Assembly (NCBI GenBank): GCA_965655095.1
Contig: OZ296649.1
Span: 129,642,001-129,706,000 of the forward strand
Reading direction: 5' to 3'
Length of the DNA: 64,000 bases
DNA from: Haplodiscus bocki
Lineage: Eukaryota
Both the position numbers and the translations under genes were made by a program. Below, one piece after another: positions 63,029 through 64,000 of this stretch; position 1 is the first letter of the stretch, and every line of letters starts with the position of its first letter. The notes under the pieces were generated by a model that saw nothing but the letters and a program-made list of their open reading frames with translations, ran no database searches and had not been told where the DNA came from.

Positions 63029-64000
63029 GGAGCTGAAATAATTGGCATGTGTGTCTTCGTTGCAGCTGATATCTTCTGCTTCTGTGAAGGAATCTATCGG
63101 ACGAAGAACTCATTCTCATTTTTCATTAAGTTTGATCATCATGACGCCATAAGTGAGACACCTTCACTAAAACGTTTCAATTGTTTTCTATTAGATCATT
63201 ATATTCACTTCTGGGTCTCGCTTCTCCGACAAAGACGTCACAAAGTTCTTCAAAGTCATTTGATAAAATTCATTACCTCCGTATAAATAGGATTCTTGTA
63301 TAACCTAAAGTAGGAAACTTGCCTCGTAGAGCCAAATAATAGTTAGCGGTATTGCAGCAAGGATGCTATTTAGAGCAGGTGTTCTGCAACATAAGGCATG
63401 ACGACTTCTCATCAAGGTTTTGAAAAGTTATCTTTCCGAAAGAAAGACGGTAGTGTTTATTTACGTGACCTCATATTTGAGCTCCTTCTGACCAAATGAT
63501 CAACCAATTGTGACCATAAGTTAAAAAAGAAGCGACGTTACTTCCGTGTGCGGTTTCCGCCGTCAAAGCGACAGGTAATTGTTTAAAATCGCCGTCAATA
63601 AGCAATTGAAACACCCGTGGACTTCCTTCAAGGACCAAACGAAAATCACTTTTGTAATACTCTCCATCACAAAACATACAATTTGCTTTCTTTTCCTTGA
63701 AACATAGTTGAACGAAATCGTCAAGGACACAGACTGTTCTCGCTTTGGACAGTTGAACGTTATTACGCGGAGGGATTGCAAAAACTGGAAGCATCGAAGT
63801 GTCGTCGTCCTTCAATTGATATCATCTACTTTGCATTGTTACCCTGTTGAAGCACCCAACACCCTTGATTTCTGCTGTGCAAGCATCACCAATATTGTCG
63901 ACGGCCTTCTCGTATTTCGTTTTTCGTATCTGTCACCCCGATCCAGTATGTAGTAAATAGGTCACGAGGAAGTTGATCCCTGCATTCAATTCATTCTGAA

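Larger units (their letters stand above)
53205..64000. repeat. Large direct duplication (~6.2-kb period) of the Polinton nuclease-ATPase-integrase-capsid module
   Basis: 53205-54650 matches 60378-61850, and 55639-57790 matches 61851-64000 (offset ~6212). ORFs 57258-57602 and 63471-63815 give identical proteins. Confidence 0.9.

Noticed and set aside
1-64000. Terminal inverted repeats, adenain-like protease, or a functional autonomous element
   Set aside because: None recognised. MCP is truncated in every copy and all core genes are disrupted.

Overview
AT-rich, eukaryote-like DNA made almost entirely of decayed Polinton/Maverick (adintovirus-like) endogenous elements, all in the same orientation. 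No host genes, RNA genes or CRISPR arrays were found. (1) 1-11.9 kb, element A: pPolB 5' half on the minus strand; an accessory region that includes a signal-peptide + EGF-like gene; then a plus-strand module of nuclease-like gene, packaging ATPase, integrase, minor capsid, small core-like protein and major capsid (truncated). (2) ~11.9-46.6 kb: a ~34.7-kb macrosatellite of ~25 head-to-tail copies of a ~1,393-bp unit. The unit is a pseudogenised internal fragment (N-terminal region + 3'-5' exonuclease) of a Polinton pPolB gene. It shows higher-order duplications and diverged edges, and its last copy runs straight into the native 5' end of the parent pPolB gene (start ~47,292). (3) 47.3-64 kb: the rest of element B (including a second EGF-like copy), followed by a second tandem amplification (~6.2-kb period) of the ATPase/integrase/capsid module, with a nested ~986-bp duplication. 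Family assignments come from motif recognition by eye; no searches were run and boundaries are approximate.
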